A stretch of DNA of 64,000 nt from a virus, in IMG/VR virus record IMGVR_UViG_3300037313_000284, positions 64,001-128,000 of that record, one strand, 5' to 3'. Made by a program: the position numbers and the translations under genes. Positions within the stretch are counted from its first letter, which is position 1, and the number at the start of each line of letters is the position of its first letter. The notes under the pieces were generated by a model, which worked only from the letters and a program-made list of their open reading frames with translations, did no database searches and had not been told where the DNA came from. Below, piece by piece: positions 47,946 through 56,382 of the stretch.

Positions 47946-48236
47946 TCAGCGGGTGAAGCGCTCGAAACGCTTAGCGAGGAACAGCAGGACGTCTGAGTAC
48001 GTGTACCACTCTTTGGCGGCCCGACTAGGCAAACCTTTCTGCGTCATGTTGAATTCCTCACGTAGCATAATTATTAAATGCCCGCGAGCGTTTTTCGTTA
48101 AGTTCGCCATCGGGCAATCGTATGGAATTGGGCTGTCCTCGTCCAACTCCATAAGAAAGCTCACTACACCACGTAGGCGAGGTTCGATTCGCTTAATAAC
48201 GGCAAGACGTACTGCTACGCGGGTTGCCCAGCGCAT
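47946..48236 (-). CDS. Hypothetical protein
   Basis: 96 aa, ends at a terminator. Confidence 0.5.
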   Translation of the reverse strand: MRWATRVAVRLAVIKRIEPRLRGVVSFLMELDEDSPIPYDCPMANLTKNARGHLIIMLREEFNMTQKGLPSRAAKEWYTYSDVLLFLAKRFERFTR

Positions 48237-48616
48237 GGTGCCACTTTCTTAGTTAGTAGCAAATCGCTTTCACCGAACGGAGCATAGAACACTTCGTATT
48301 CCGTGCAATCGCCGTAGCCTTTGCGCACATGAATAATCATCACGTCACACAACCAACTCCACTTGCCGGTGAATAACCGCACAGGATGCCAAGCGAAATA
48401 CGGCTCTGCATACATGAAGCGATACGGCGGCTGCATGAATTCCGCATTCGTGTAACGGCGCATAGCGTAATACGTTTGAACCGCTTCGCTGTGGGTTAGG
48501 TCGTTTACTAACACTACATCGCCTGCTGTAGTGAAGACACGACTTTTGAGCACGTAATCGATTTCGCCGTCGTCCATACGTATGACGCAATGATCTCTAT
48601 TAACAGGCTTTGACAT
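48215..48616 (-). CDS. Hypothetical protein
   Basis: 133 aa, FAWHPV..GKWSWL motif. Confidence 0.6.
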   Translation of the reverse strand: MSKPVNRDHCVIRMDDGEIDYVLKSRVFTTAGDVVLVNDLTHSEAVQTYYAMRRYTNAEFMQPPYRFMYAEPYFAWHPVRLFTGKWSWLCDVMIIHVRKGYGDCTEYEVFYAPFGESDLLLTKKVAPCAGQPA

Positions 48617-48617
48617 G

Positions 48618-48983
48618 CTACTTCCTCTTCCTGCGTTCGATCAGGTCGTCGATTCGCCTACCTTGTTGAGCAAGGTTGCTACTGAACCAACCTTCCGCTT
48701 CAATGAAAATATTAAACAAACCAGCGAAGTGATCATGGTACATTTTGACCGTAGCCAATTCGCGGTCAGACACCGCTAGACCACGCTGATAAGTGTTCCA
48801 CGCTTCCTTAATAACCTCGTAGTTAGGCGTGATCGATTTCACGTGATCCGCAGCGCTCAGGCGTTCGACAGCCTGCGAAACAAGCGAATCCATCTTTGCA
48901 CACCATTCAGGCGTACCTACCGGCATTTCAGCCGTTCCGTCTTTAACGGCGCGTAGTTCGTTGATAAGAGTCGTATTCGACAT
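48618..48983 (-). CDS. Hypothetical protein
   Basis: 121 aa, SD GGGGA. Confidence 0.65.
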   Translation of the reverse strand: MSNTTLINELRAVKDGTAEMPVGTPEWCAKMDSLVSQAVERLSAADHVKSITPNYEVIKEAWNTYQRGLAVSDRELATVKMYHDHFAGLFNIFIEAEGWFSSNLAQQGRRIDDLIERRKRK

Positions 48984-49126
48984 GTTACTAATCCCCTAGC
49001 GAAGCAGCGGAACAGGGCGCGCCGCTTGTGAGTTGAAAAAGGCCGTGGTGCGTTTCAAGGGAGTGTCGTTTCCCAAGTATCGCAACCACGCGAGGTAGAG
49101 TTCGGGATTTTTGGCTTTTATTAACA

Positions 49127-49876
49127 TCAGCGTTTGATCGCCTTGAAGTACAAAGCGTCTTCGGGACGCGCGAGGCCTTCTGCGCGCAGACGCCCCTCGT
49201 GCTGCTTCACCCAAATCTTGCCGGGGCGCTTGGGAACCGACTCTTGCTTATTAAAGCTAGTATTAACATTTTCCGCTACCCACACGTCGGTTCGACCGGG
49301 AGTGATCCACCCGAGGCTTTTACCATTGAGCCCCGGTTCGCGTGCGGTAGCCGTTGTCTGGCACATCGAACCGCTGCACTCAAAGCCGCGATGATGCACA
49401 AGCTGATACTCGCTACTAACCGGACGCAACAGGATCGCCAGTAGGCTATTCCAATCGCGGTAACGCATACCGTCCGGGTTATCCGGATTTGGCTTCGTGT
49501 GGTAGAGCGGGCGAGTTAGCATAACCTCGACCGTCGTTCCGACGGGAGGTGCCATGCAATCGTTCTCGAAAAAGCACAGTTGCTTGTCGATGAACGCTAC
49601 CACCTTGCCGGGCTTTTTGTTACTAGCTACCGCCGTAACGAACAACGGTTCGTATTCGTACGGGATGCCCGCTGCCGCCAGCGCAGCGCGGTCGCAATCG
49701 ACGCACGACAAGTCCATGCCCTTGCCTTCGTACCTCAGGTGCGCATCGCACACGCTGTATGTCCTGCCAGGAATGCGCTTCCCGATCTGCAAGCAGATAC
49801 TAGGATTGGTTTCGGTCTCACAGCCTCGGCACTTCACACCAAATTCGCCGTGGAAGGTGCAGTAGTTATTAGGCAT
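49127..49876 (-). CDS. Cys/His-rich hypothetical protein
   Basis: 249 aa, several CxxC/CxxH, SD AGGAG. Confidence 0.7.
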   Translation of the reverse strand: MPNNYCTFHGEFGVKCRGCETETNPSICLQIGKRIPGRTYSVCDAHLRYEGKGMDLSCVDCDRAALAAAGIPYEYEPLFVTAVASNKKPGKVVAFIDKQLCFFENDCMAPPVGTTVEVMLTRPLYHTKPNPDNPDGMRYRDWNSLLAILLRPVSSEYQLVHHRGFECSGSMCQTTATAREPGLNGKSLGWITPGRTDVWVAENVNTSFNKQESVPKRPGKIWVKQHEGRLRAEGLARPEDALYFKAIKR

Positions 49877-49925
49877 TGCTAGTCTCCTACGTCTTACGTC
49901 GATACGGGCGAGATTGCCCTACTAA

Positions 49926-50372
49926 TTAAACGTGATACACAACGCCCAACGGTTTCAATTGCTCGAAACGCGTGTAGCGGAACTTATACCACTGTGACGG
50001 GTCGTACACCTTCCCATCACGTACTAACACGCAATGAAGCGTGTCCGCCTCGAACCAACTACGGCTAGGAACCAAGTGAATGCCGTTGCGGTTGCGCACG
50101 CGGTTACGAACACGAATGCGAGCGTCGATATCGTCGGGATTATACTTCTCCGGCCAATGCCAACGCACTTGCTGATCGAGTGCCTTCATAGTCGCTACTA
50201 TCTGTGGGAAACGAAGCCCGCAGATAATATCGTCCGGCTCTTCGAACGGCACGAAATCCTCAACGTGTTCGTAGTCGAGTCCCGTAGCCATCGCTATGCA
50301 ACAAATCGCGCAATCGGCTGCACGACGTTGATAGACCATTTTAATATCAGGTTGTAGCCACGTCCACATCAT
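49926..50372 (-). CDS. Peptidase C39-like (papain-fold) protein
   Basis: YQRRAADCAICCIAM, HCVLV, VYDP; start refined. Confidence 0.7.
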   Translation of the reverse strand: MMWTWLQPDIKMVYQRRAADCAICCIAMATGLDYEHVEDFVPFEEPDDIICGLRFPQIVATMKALDQQVRWHWPEKYNPDDIDARIRVRNRVRNRNGIHLVPSRSWFEADTLHCVLVRDGKVYDPSQWYKFRYTRFEQLKPLGVVYHV

Positions 50373-50634
50373 TAAATCCCGGCGTTTGTTCGATTCAAAT
50401 TTCTTGCCAGTTTGTCTTGCACTTAGGGCAAGAAATTTCGTCGCGCCAATGGGTCTCACTCGCTGTGTGATACTTGCGATGAGCAATAATGCAAATCGCC
50501 CCGCTAATTAGCTTGCTAACAGCAAGAATAACTTTTCGCATGTCCCGAATCTCCTATGGTATGTGGTCAGAGGGGATTGCGCCCTCTACGAACTCGATGC
50601 GATCATCGTCTCCGTCGTGCAGCGCCATGCTTAG

Positions 50635-50715
50635 ATTTTAGACGCATAGCGGCGCTATGTCAAATCGCCTAGGCCACAACGCAAAACGCCCGCCTTCGTA
50701 CGAAGGCGGGCGTTT
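50635..50715 (-). promoter_or_regulatory. Terminator plus sigma70 promoter cassette
   Basis: 32-bp palindrome 50684-50715; TTGACA-N17-TAAAAT. Confidence 0.75.
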
Positions 50716-50716
50716 G

Positions 50717-51442
50717 TTATGCGATTCGTGTGCGACGTTTACGTAAGGCCGCTCCAACGAAACCCATTCCTACGATTAGTAAGGCCCAAGTCTGAGGTTC
50801 AGGCACAGGCGTAGTAGGCGGGCCAGTAGGTGGTTCCGTCGGCGGGTTTCCTCCTGGTGGTTCCGGGTTATTAGGAGGATTCACCGGAGGATTTGGCGGG
50901 TTAGGTCTGATAACCGGCGGCTCCGGCATGACAGGTGGATTAGGATTAATTACCGGAGGTTCCGGATTAGTAGGCGGACCGACCGGTGGCGAAACCGGTG
51001 GCTTACCACCAACACCCACGCCGCCATCGCTACCACCTATTCCACCGCCAACCGGGAAATTATTATCATCGGGAAGGAACGTCAATCCTTGCTTAACGGG
51101 AACCGGAGGCGGCACGGCTGGGATATCACCCAGCACCGGAGGAAGACCGTCAAAGATAATAGCGGTCATGTAAACCGGGGCCGGGTTTAAATGGCATGCG
51201 AAGCGCCATTGAGCGGTTTCTATTTCCCTAATCGGGTCGATGCGAATACGCACCGCACGATAGCCGTAACGAGACTTAGCGGGCGCTCTAGCCGCCGCAG
51301 GTTTAGCGCGAGCGGGACGAGCCTTACGCGGCGGTTCCTTGACCCAGCATTCGGTTTCCCGAATCGGTTGCGCTTGAGCGCTGCCAGCGGCCAGCAATCC
51401 CGTTACTAATCCCATAAAGACAATGTTGCGCAACTGGCGCAT
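50717..51442 (-). CDS. Pro-rich PEPxxWA-CTERM protein
   Basis: Signal peptide, Pro-rich stalk, VPEPQTWALLIVGMGFVGAALRKRR. Confidence 0.88.
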   Translation of the reverse strand: MRQLRNIVFMGLVTGLLAAGSAQAQPIRETECWVKEPPRKARPARAKPAAARAPAKSRYGYRAVRIRIDPIREIETAQWRFACHLNPAPVYMTAIIFDGLPPVLGDIPAVPPPVPVKQGLTFLPDDNNFPVGGGIGGSDGGVGVGGKPPVSPPVGPPTNPEPPVINPNPPVMPEPPVIRPNPPNPPVNPPNNPEPPGGNPPTEPPTGPPTTPVPEPQTWALLIVGMGFVGAALRKRRTRIA

Positions 51443-51494
51443 GGCTAGCCCCTTCTGTGTTTGGCGGCGCTTAAAAATTAGCCGTCAGATTTTA

Positions 51495-51767
51495 CTAGTC
51501 GTCTTCATCCTCGTCTTCGTCTTCATCGGTTTCCTCGTACTGTTCAATCAAGCTTTCGATTTCGGCTTGTTGTGCCAGCAACGTGGATTTAATAGACGGT
51601 TTGAACACGTCGAAGAGTTCCATGAACGCGACGTAACTCTTTTTAGTAAGTTGCAAGTCGCGCATTTCAACTTCCTCACCGCGCCTCACCTTCTTCAGGG
51701 TCGCGCGAATGCGGTTGTACATTTCTTCCCGCTTTTCGGCAGGCGTGAGCGTTCTTTGTTTTGGCAT
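51495..51767 (-). CDS. Hypothetical protein with acidic tail
   Basis: 90 aa, own promoter. Confidence 0.7.
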   Translation of the reverse strand: MPKQRTLTPAEKREEMYNRIRATLKKVRRGEEVEMRDLQLTKKSYVAFMELFDVFKPSIKSTLLAQQAEIESLIEQYEETDEDEDEDEDD

Positions 51768-51801
51768 TTAATAACCCCTGTCCCTTGATCTTGAGGTTCA
51801 T

Positions 51802-51852
51802 ATTGTAGCACGCCTTGGCCCTCAACGCAAAAGAGCCCCTTGCGGGGCTCTA
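51802..51852 (-). promoter_or_regulatory. Terminator plus sigma70-type promoter cassette
   Basis: AGAGCCCC..GGGGCTCT plus TTT, overlapping TTGCGT-N17-TACAAT. Confidence 0.7.
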
Positions 51853-51928
51853 GCAATGCCATTGTGTATTTCCTGTCCAAGGTGCCACTAGAAGAGGCGT
51901 TACTAATCACCGCCTCTTCCGCTGGAAT

Positions 51929-52393
51929 CTAGGCGAAGGTCTTTTGCGCGTTCAGCAAGGCCATCTGAAGGTTATGGCCCTTCTCGCATTCCTTGTAGCC
52001 GAATTCAACAGCTACAGCTAGGTTACTATTCGGGCCAGTATCTTGTGCGTTCTTTTGCCACCTGTCGCGGTCCTTGCAGACCATGGCGTAAGCCCATGCC
52101 GTGGGCCGCGTCCACGTGGTTTCCGTTTCCCGATCAAACCAACGGTACTTGTCGTCTTCACGGTCAATAACCTGCACGTCAACGCCCGTAACATCAAACG
52201 CCATGATCGGGGAAGGCATTGGGCTACGTTCGGTCGGCAGTGCGACAACTTGAACACGGCTCCATTCACCGTGTTGGATCGCCATTGCGACGCGATGATC
52301 AAATACCTCGCGTGCTTGATAGATCGTTTCGACTTCTACGCTCTTAAGGCAAGCGTCCGCGCCGCCGCGTTCTGCAATTACTAGAAAGGTCAT
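51929..52393 (-). CDS. Hypothetical protein
   Basis: 154 aa, SD AGGAG. Confidence 0.65.
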   Translation of the reverse strand: MTFLVIAERGGADACLKSVEVETIYQAREVFDHRVAMAIQHGEWSRVQVVALPTERSPMPSPIMAFDVTGVDVQVIDREDDKYRWFDRETETTWTRPTAWAYAMVCKDRDRWQKNAQDTGPNSNLAVAVEFGYKECEKGHNLQMALLNAQKTFA

Positions 52394-52638
52394 TTAGTAA
52401 TCTCCTAAAGAGTCCGATGTGAGAGGCGTTGAGGTAGCCACCTCTCAGGCCGGAGCCTTACGCGAGACTTTCCGCTAGCAAAAACGCACCACACGCAAGG
52501 AAGACCTAACAGAGTGTTGTTCTCGCGTGCGGTTCATGACTGCTATGGCAAGTTCTATTTCGTTTTCGTTGTACTCCATTATCGGATGCCAACTGTTAGT
52601 AAGTCGATTATAGGATTCGATTCGGATTGGTTTGTCCA

Positions 52639-52869
52639 TTAGTGAAACGTGTCCTCTAATTCCTTGCGGGCTTCGCGGTAGGCGCAGACGCCGCTGTTGT
52701 AGCCGCACCACGGCCCCATATTCGTTTCGTGCGTGCCTTCCGGCGCGTTTGCGTGAAGCTCACCGGCTTCCTCGTCGCGCCAGCCCGCGAGGAACCAACG
52801 GCGATTTTCGTCGTGTTCCGGTCCCCAATCGTTCGCAGCGGCGATCATGCTTTGATAGTTGAGTTGCAT
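52639..52869 (-). CDS. Hypothetical protein
   Basis: 76 aa, in operon. Confidence 0.6.
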   Translation of the reverse strand: MQLNYQSMIAAANDWGPEHDENRRWFLAGWRDEEAGELHANAPEGTHETNMGPWCGYNSGVCAYREARKELEDTFH

Positions 52870-52873
52870 GTTA

Positions 52874-53149
52874 TTAATCTTCCAAATGGGAAGGGTCTAA
52901 GCCCACGTGGGCAATAAGCTCGGAGATAGTTGGCGGCTTGTGATCACCGTCAACGTAGTCTTCATACTTGGAGCCGTAGACGCTGGCTTTCTCTTGCATC
53001 ATTTCGCAAGTGATAGCGCGAAGATCAGGCGGCATCTTCATAATCTGTTCGGCGCAGAGTTTGCTAAACGCCTCCCAAAATTCGTTGCCGACTTCGTGCA
53101 ATCGCACGGCTTCGTCTTCAGTCATTGTGTAGCGTTGTGCCACGGACAT
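52874..53149 (-). CDS. Hypothetical protein
   Basis: 91 aa, in operon. Confidence 0.65.
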   Translation of the reverse strand: MSVAQRYTMTEDEAVRLHEVGNEFWEAFSKLCAEQIMKMPPDLRAITCEMMQEKASVYGSKYEDYVDGDHKPPTISELIAHVGLDPSHLED

Positions 53150-53211
53150 TTTACTAACCTTCTAGAGTCCAATGGAAAGAGCGTTGGGGTAGCCGCTCTT
53201 TCGGTTGGGTC

Positions 53212-53475
53212 CTAGCTGCGGCTGTCGGCGACCGTCTCGGTCGTCACCAGCGGCTTACCGCAGTATTTAGCAATATCGTACTTGGCGTCGATATTAAACG
53301 CCGCGAAGATCGCCTGTTGCGCCCGTAGTTCCTTGACGCACTCTTGGGCCTTTTCCAGATTGCCCTGCTCGACATACATCGCCGTATGGTTCTTGAGGGC
53401 GAACATTTCGCTTTCGGCCAGCTTGTGGATGCGGCGAGCCTGTTCTTCGCTCATGGCGTAGTTGAAGGTGGTCAT
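53212..53475 (-). CDS. Hypothetical protein
   Basis: 87 aa, first gene after a promoter. Confidence 0.65.
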   Translation of the reverse strand: MTTFNYAMSEEQARRIHKLAESEMFALKNHTAMYVEQGNLEKAQECVKELRAQQAIFAAFNIDAKYDIAKYCGKPLVTTETVADSRS

Positions 53476-53514
53476 CGTCTCGGTTCCCTCGGGGCCAATT
53501 CCCCTCTGTCCTTA

Positions 53515-53589
53515 GTCTTAAGGCCTAACGAATCGCCTGTCAAGCTCCCTAACAAAAGAAAATCCGCCCACGGTTAGGAGGGCGGATTG
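53515..53589 (-). promoter_or_regulatory. Terminator plus sigma70 promoter cassette
   Basis: AATCCGCCC..GGGCGGATT plus T tract; TTGACA-N17-TAAGAC. Confidence 0.65.
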
Positions 53590-53595
53590 TTAGGC

Positions 53596-54282
53596 CTAAT
53601 CGTAAAGAGAGATAGACTTCTCTTTCCTAGCTAGATTGAGCGCAGCCCTACGTTTACGTTCGTTAGCTTTAAGGCTTTTAGCTTCGCCTTCCGCAATTCG
53701 CGCGCGTTCCAGAAGTTTGTTCGCGTTTACTAACCTATCGGCGGCTACGGATTGCCACTGCGTCATCAGATCGTGTAGCGCGGCCATTACGTAAACGTCG
53801 TCTAGCCAAAGCAGGCGCTTCCAATCAACGTCGTACATCGGCACGACCACACCAATATGCACGTTGAGTTTTCCGGCAGTCTGCGGAATGCGCTTTAGCC
53901 ATATTAACCGCATGACTTCTCTACGCGCACCGTAGTTCACATAAATGAGACTACCGGGCTCTGCGACTGCACCGGTATTCCAAACGTTGCCGCTAATAAC
54001 ATAGCCACCGTAGGGGATATCACCCATATGGTTCACGCACATGACAACGCCAAGGTTGTCGGCAGCGCAATCGGCAACGGCCAACGCGTCAGCGCGTATC
54101 ATGCCACGAGCTAGTACGTGGTCAGTTTCCTTGACGAAATCTTCTTTAATAATTCTTACTTCGCTCGGATGCGTGAGCATTATGCGGCGGTCGATCACCA
54201 CAGCCCAATTGCATTCTTGGGGTTTCGGTAAAAATTCCCGTGCGAGTGAGATTGTGAACTTCTTATTAGGTGGGTTCTTCAT
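53596..54282 (-). CDS. Hypothetical protein
   Basis: 228 aa, C-terminal coiled coil. Confidence 0.65.
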   Translation of the reverse strand: MKNPPNKKFTISLAREFLPKPQECNWAVVIDRRIMLTHPSEVRIIKEDFVKETDHVLARGMIRADALAVADCAADNLGVVMCVNHMGDIPYGGYVISGNVWNTGAVAEPGSLIYVNYGARREVMRLIWLKRIPQTAGKLNVHIGVVVPMYDVDWKRLLWLDDVYVMAALHDLMTQWQSVAADRLVNANKLLERARIAEGEAKSLKANERKRRAALNLARKEKSISLYD

Positions 54283-54752
54283 GAACTATATGTCCCTTTG
54301 CCGCGTTTGAATGTGCCATCCGGCCAGATAATAACCCAACGTATGCCACGTTGTTTCGCGTAACGCCACGTCGCCCAGGTTCCTGAACGAATGCGTTCAT
54401 ACGTCGTGTTGGGCATTACTAGTAACTCACTTACCGCGCCCACGATATCACGGTTACGTTCGATATAGGGCTTTGGTAGTTCCGTCTTGTCGCCCTTCAT
54501 GAAGGCTCGCAACCTATCGTCTATCGGAGGGTGCACGTGAGTTTTATAACCCAGGATCGTAGCTAGGTTGTGCGCAATCTCATCACCTTCCAGGCAATCA
54601 CCGTGGTGGAACCACGCCTCTTGATGCAGAGAGAAACATTCAGCAAGACGTTTTGACGTGCTCAACTTGTCGATAAGGGTTATTAATTGCGCGTACGTAG
54701 GCGGTTCACGAGACGCGGTGATTCCGACATGATGTTGATATTTCGTCATCAT
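54279..54752 (-). CDS. SLOG (DprA/YspA-like) nucleotide-binding protein
   Basis: HHGDCLEGD, RNRDIV, SGTWAT..YA. Confidence 0.7.
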   Translation of the reverse strand: MMTKYQHHVGITASREPPTYAQLITLIDKLSTSKRLAECFSLHQEAWFHHGDCLEGDEIAHNLATILGYKTHVHPPIDDRLRAFMKGDKTELPKPYIERNRDIVGAVSELLVMPNTTYERIRSGTWATWRYAKQRGIRWVIIWPDGTFKRGKGTYSS

Positions 54753-54753
54753 C

Positions 54754-55011
54754 CTAGTCTGACATGAAGGTGGGAGCTTCGCGTTCAAATCCGTAATGCT
54801 GCCAATAGGCTTCACTCTCAGCATCGGGGATCAATGGGTCTCTAGTAGCCTCGTACGGGAGTTTGCTAGGTTGACCACGTGACCACTGATCGTTGTCACG
54901 ATGTACCCAAAGATAATTGGCGTGCTCCGTCTTGAGGAATTCATGCAGAGGCATCCGACAAAATGCGAACTTGGCTTGCGTGGGCTTATCAAAATGATCT
55001 TCCAACACCAT
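54754..55011 (-). CDS. Hypothetical protein
   Basis: Start refined to MVLEDH. Confidence 0.55.
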   Translation of the reverse strand: MVLEDHFDKPTQAKFAFCRMPLHEFLKTEHANYLWVHRDNDQWSRGQPSKLPYEATRDPLIPDAESEAYWQHYGFEREAPTFMSD

Positions 55012-55027
55012 ATCTACCCTTATGTCA

Positions 55028-55981
55028 TTATAATAACTCGAACTTAGTACCTTTGACGCCAAAACCGATGAAACCCCAATGGCGACGCGGCTTGCCTTTC
55101 GGATCACTATCATTAACCACCTTGCGAACGTATTTCGCAGTTCGGTTACTATGTGTGACCGTGTAGCTCTGGCCTTCAACGTTGGGGCGCGTTTGGCGCA
55201 TGTGCAAACCAGCCACCTTAGCCGCCACGTATGACAATGTGTTAGGCACACTAGCAGCGAAGGGTGATTCCGCACCACCGGGAGCGTCATAAACCCAATC
55301 GATCATTCCGCCGCCGCGCAACTTCGGTAATCGAACAGGTACAACCGCAGTTAATACGGTGTGCCTTGGGACGAACGGTAGTAGGTTGCCTTCCTCGCGA
55401 CACCACCGAAACAAAGCCCGGTGGCTGCAATAAACGTGGACGTGGAAGGTATTAATACGCTGCCGTTGCTTGTCCTCGCGTTTGGGCGGCAACTCGTCGT
55501 GATCGAAGGACCACAACAAATCGAAGTTATTAGCTGTGGCAAACTTCTTCAACTCCTGTAGGTGCTCAGCTAGCGCGTTCACCTGTTGCGCTGCGGTAAG
55601 TTCCACAGCCCCTTTGCCGATGCGGCAAACAAGCGTCGCTTGGTACCTTGTGCGATATACTAACCAGCACGTGAACAAGTAGTTGTATACGTTGACACCC
55701 CAAGGCATACGAGACAGCGCGCTGCGCAGTGTTTTGAAATCCTGCATAGTTGCCGTATCAATCCACTCTAGTAACAGACGCGTATCGTTGCGGTATTTCC
55801 GCAGTTGGTTCGGAGCTAACGGCGAGTTGTAATAATTCGCCACGCTCTCTAGCAAGGTGCGCAGACCGTACGCTTTATGCCAAACCTCTTTGTCGTCGCG
55901 GTCGTTAGAGCGGAACACATGACGAAGGTGGGCGTCAGGGTCTTTCGGTATACGGTATTTCGATAGACTAACGCCAGCCAT
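55028..55981 (-). CDS. Hypothetical protein
   Basis: 317 aa; contains FHVHVY. Confidence 0.65.
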   Translation of the reverse strand: MAGVSLSKYRIPKDPDAHLRHVFRSNDRDDKEVWHKAYGLRTLLESVANYYNSPLAPNQLRKYRNDTRLLLEWIDTATMQDFKTLRSALSRMPWGVNVYNYLFTCWLVYRTRYQATLVCRIGKGAVELTAAQQVNALAEHLQELKKFATANNFDLLWSFDHDELPPKREDKQRQRINTFHVHVYCSHRALFRWCREEGNLLPFVPRHTVLTAVVPVRLPKLRGGGMIDWVYDAPGGAESPFAASVPNTLSYVAAKVAGLHMRQTRPNVEGQSYTVTHSNRTAKYVRKVVNDSDPKGKPRRHWGFIGFGVKGTKFELL

Positions 55982-55987
55982 ACAACA

Positions 55988-56380
55988 TCACCATCCGTTA
56001 ATAATTGTCACCACACCCTTGAACGCAGGAATGTCTTTGTATTCTTCGGGCACGATGTTTTCCGAGAAGGTCACTATCACCGCTTCAGGGGCGGAGAGAG
56101 GTTCAATCTCTTTGAAATCCCAAATTACGTGCTCTTGGCGCTCTTCCGGATAATAATTAATCCGCGCAGGCAACTCGCTGGGAATGTCCGTGAGTTTGTA
56201 GGCGAACAACCAATGCTCTTCACGTGGTTTACGATTTGGATTATCGTCCCCATCCACATGGACATAGGTTCCCGCTACGTAGGCATATCTATCGTTGACC
56301 TTATTAATTATCCCAACGCAGCCACCTACGTCGACAACGCGTCCTACCAGGGGCTTGAAATGATGCATAGTCTCTGACAC
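55988..56380 (-). CDS. Hypothetical protein
   Basis: 130 aa, SD GAGGAG. Confidence 0.65.
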   Translation of the reverse strand: MSETMHHFKPLVGRVVDVGGCVGIINKVNDRYAYVAGTYVHVDGDDNPNRKPREEHWLFAYKLTDIPSELPARINYYPEERQEHVIWDFKEIEPLSAPEAVIVTFSENIVPEEYKDIPAFKGVVTIINGW

Positions 56381-56382
56381 TA

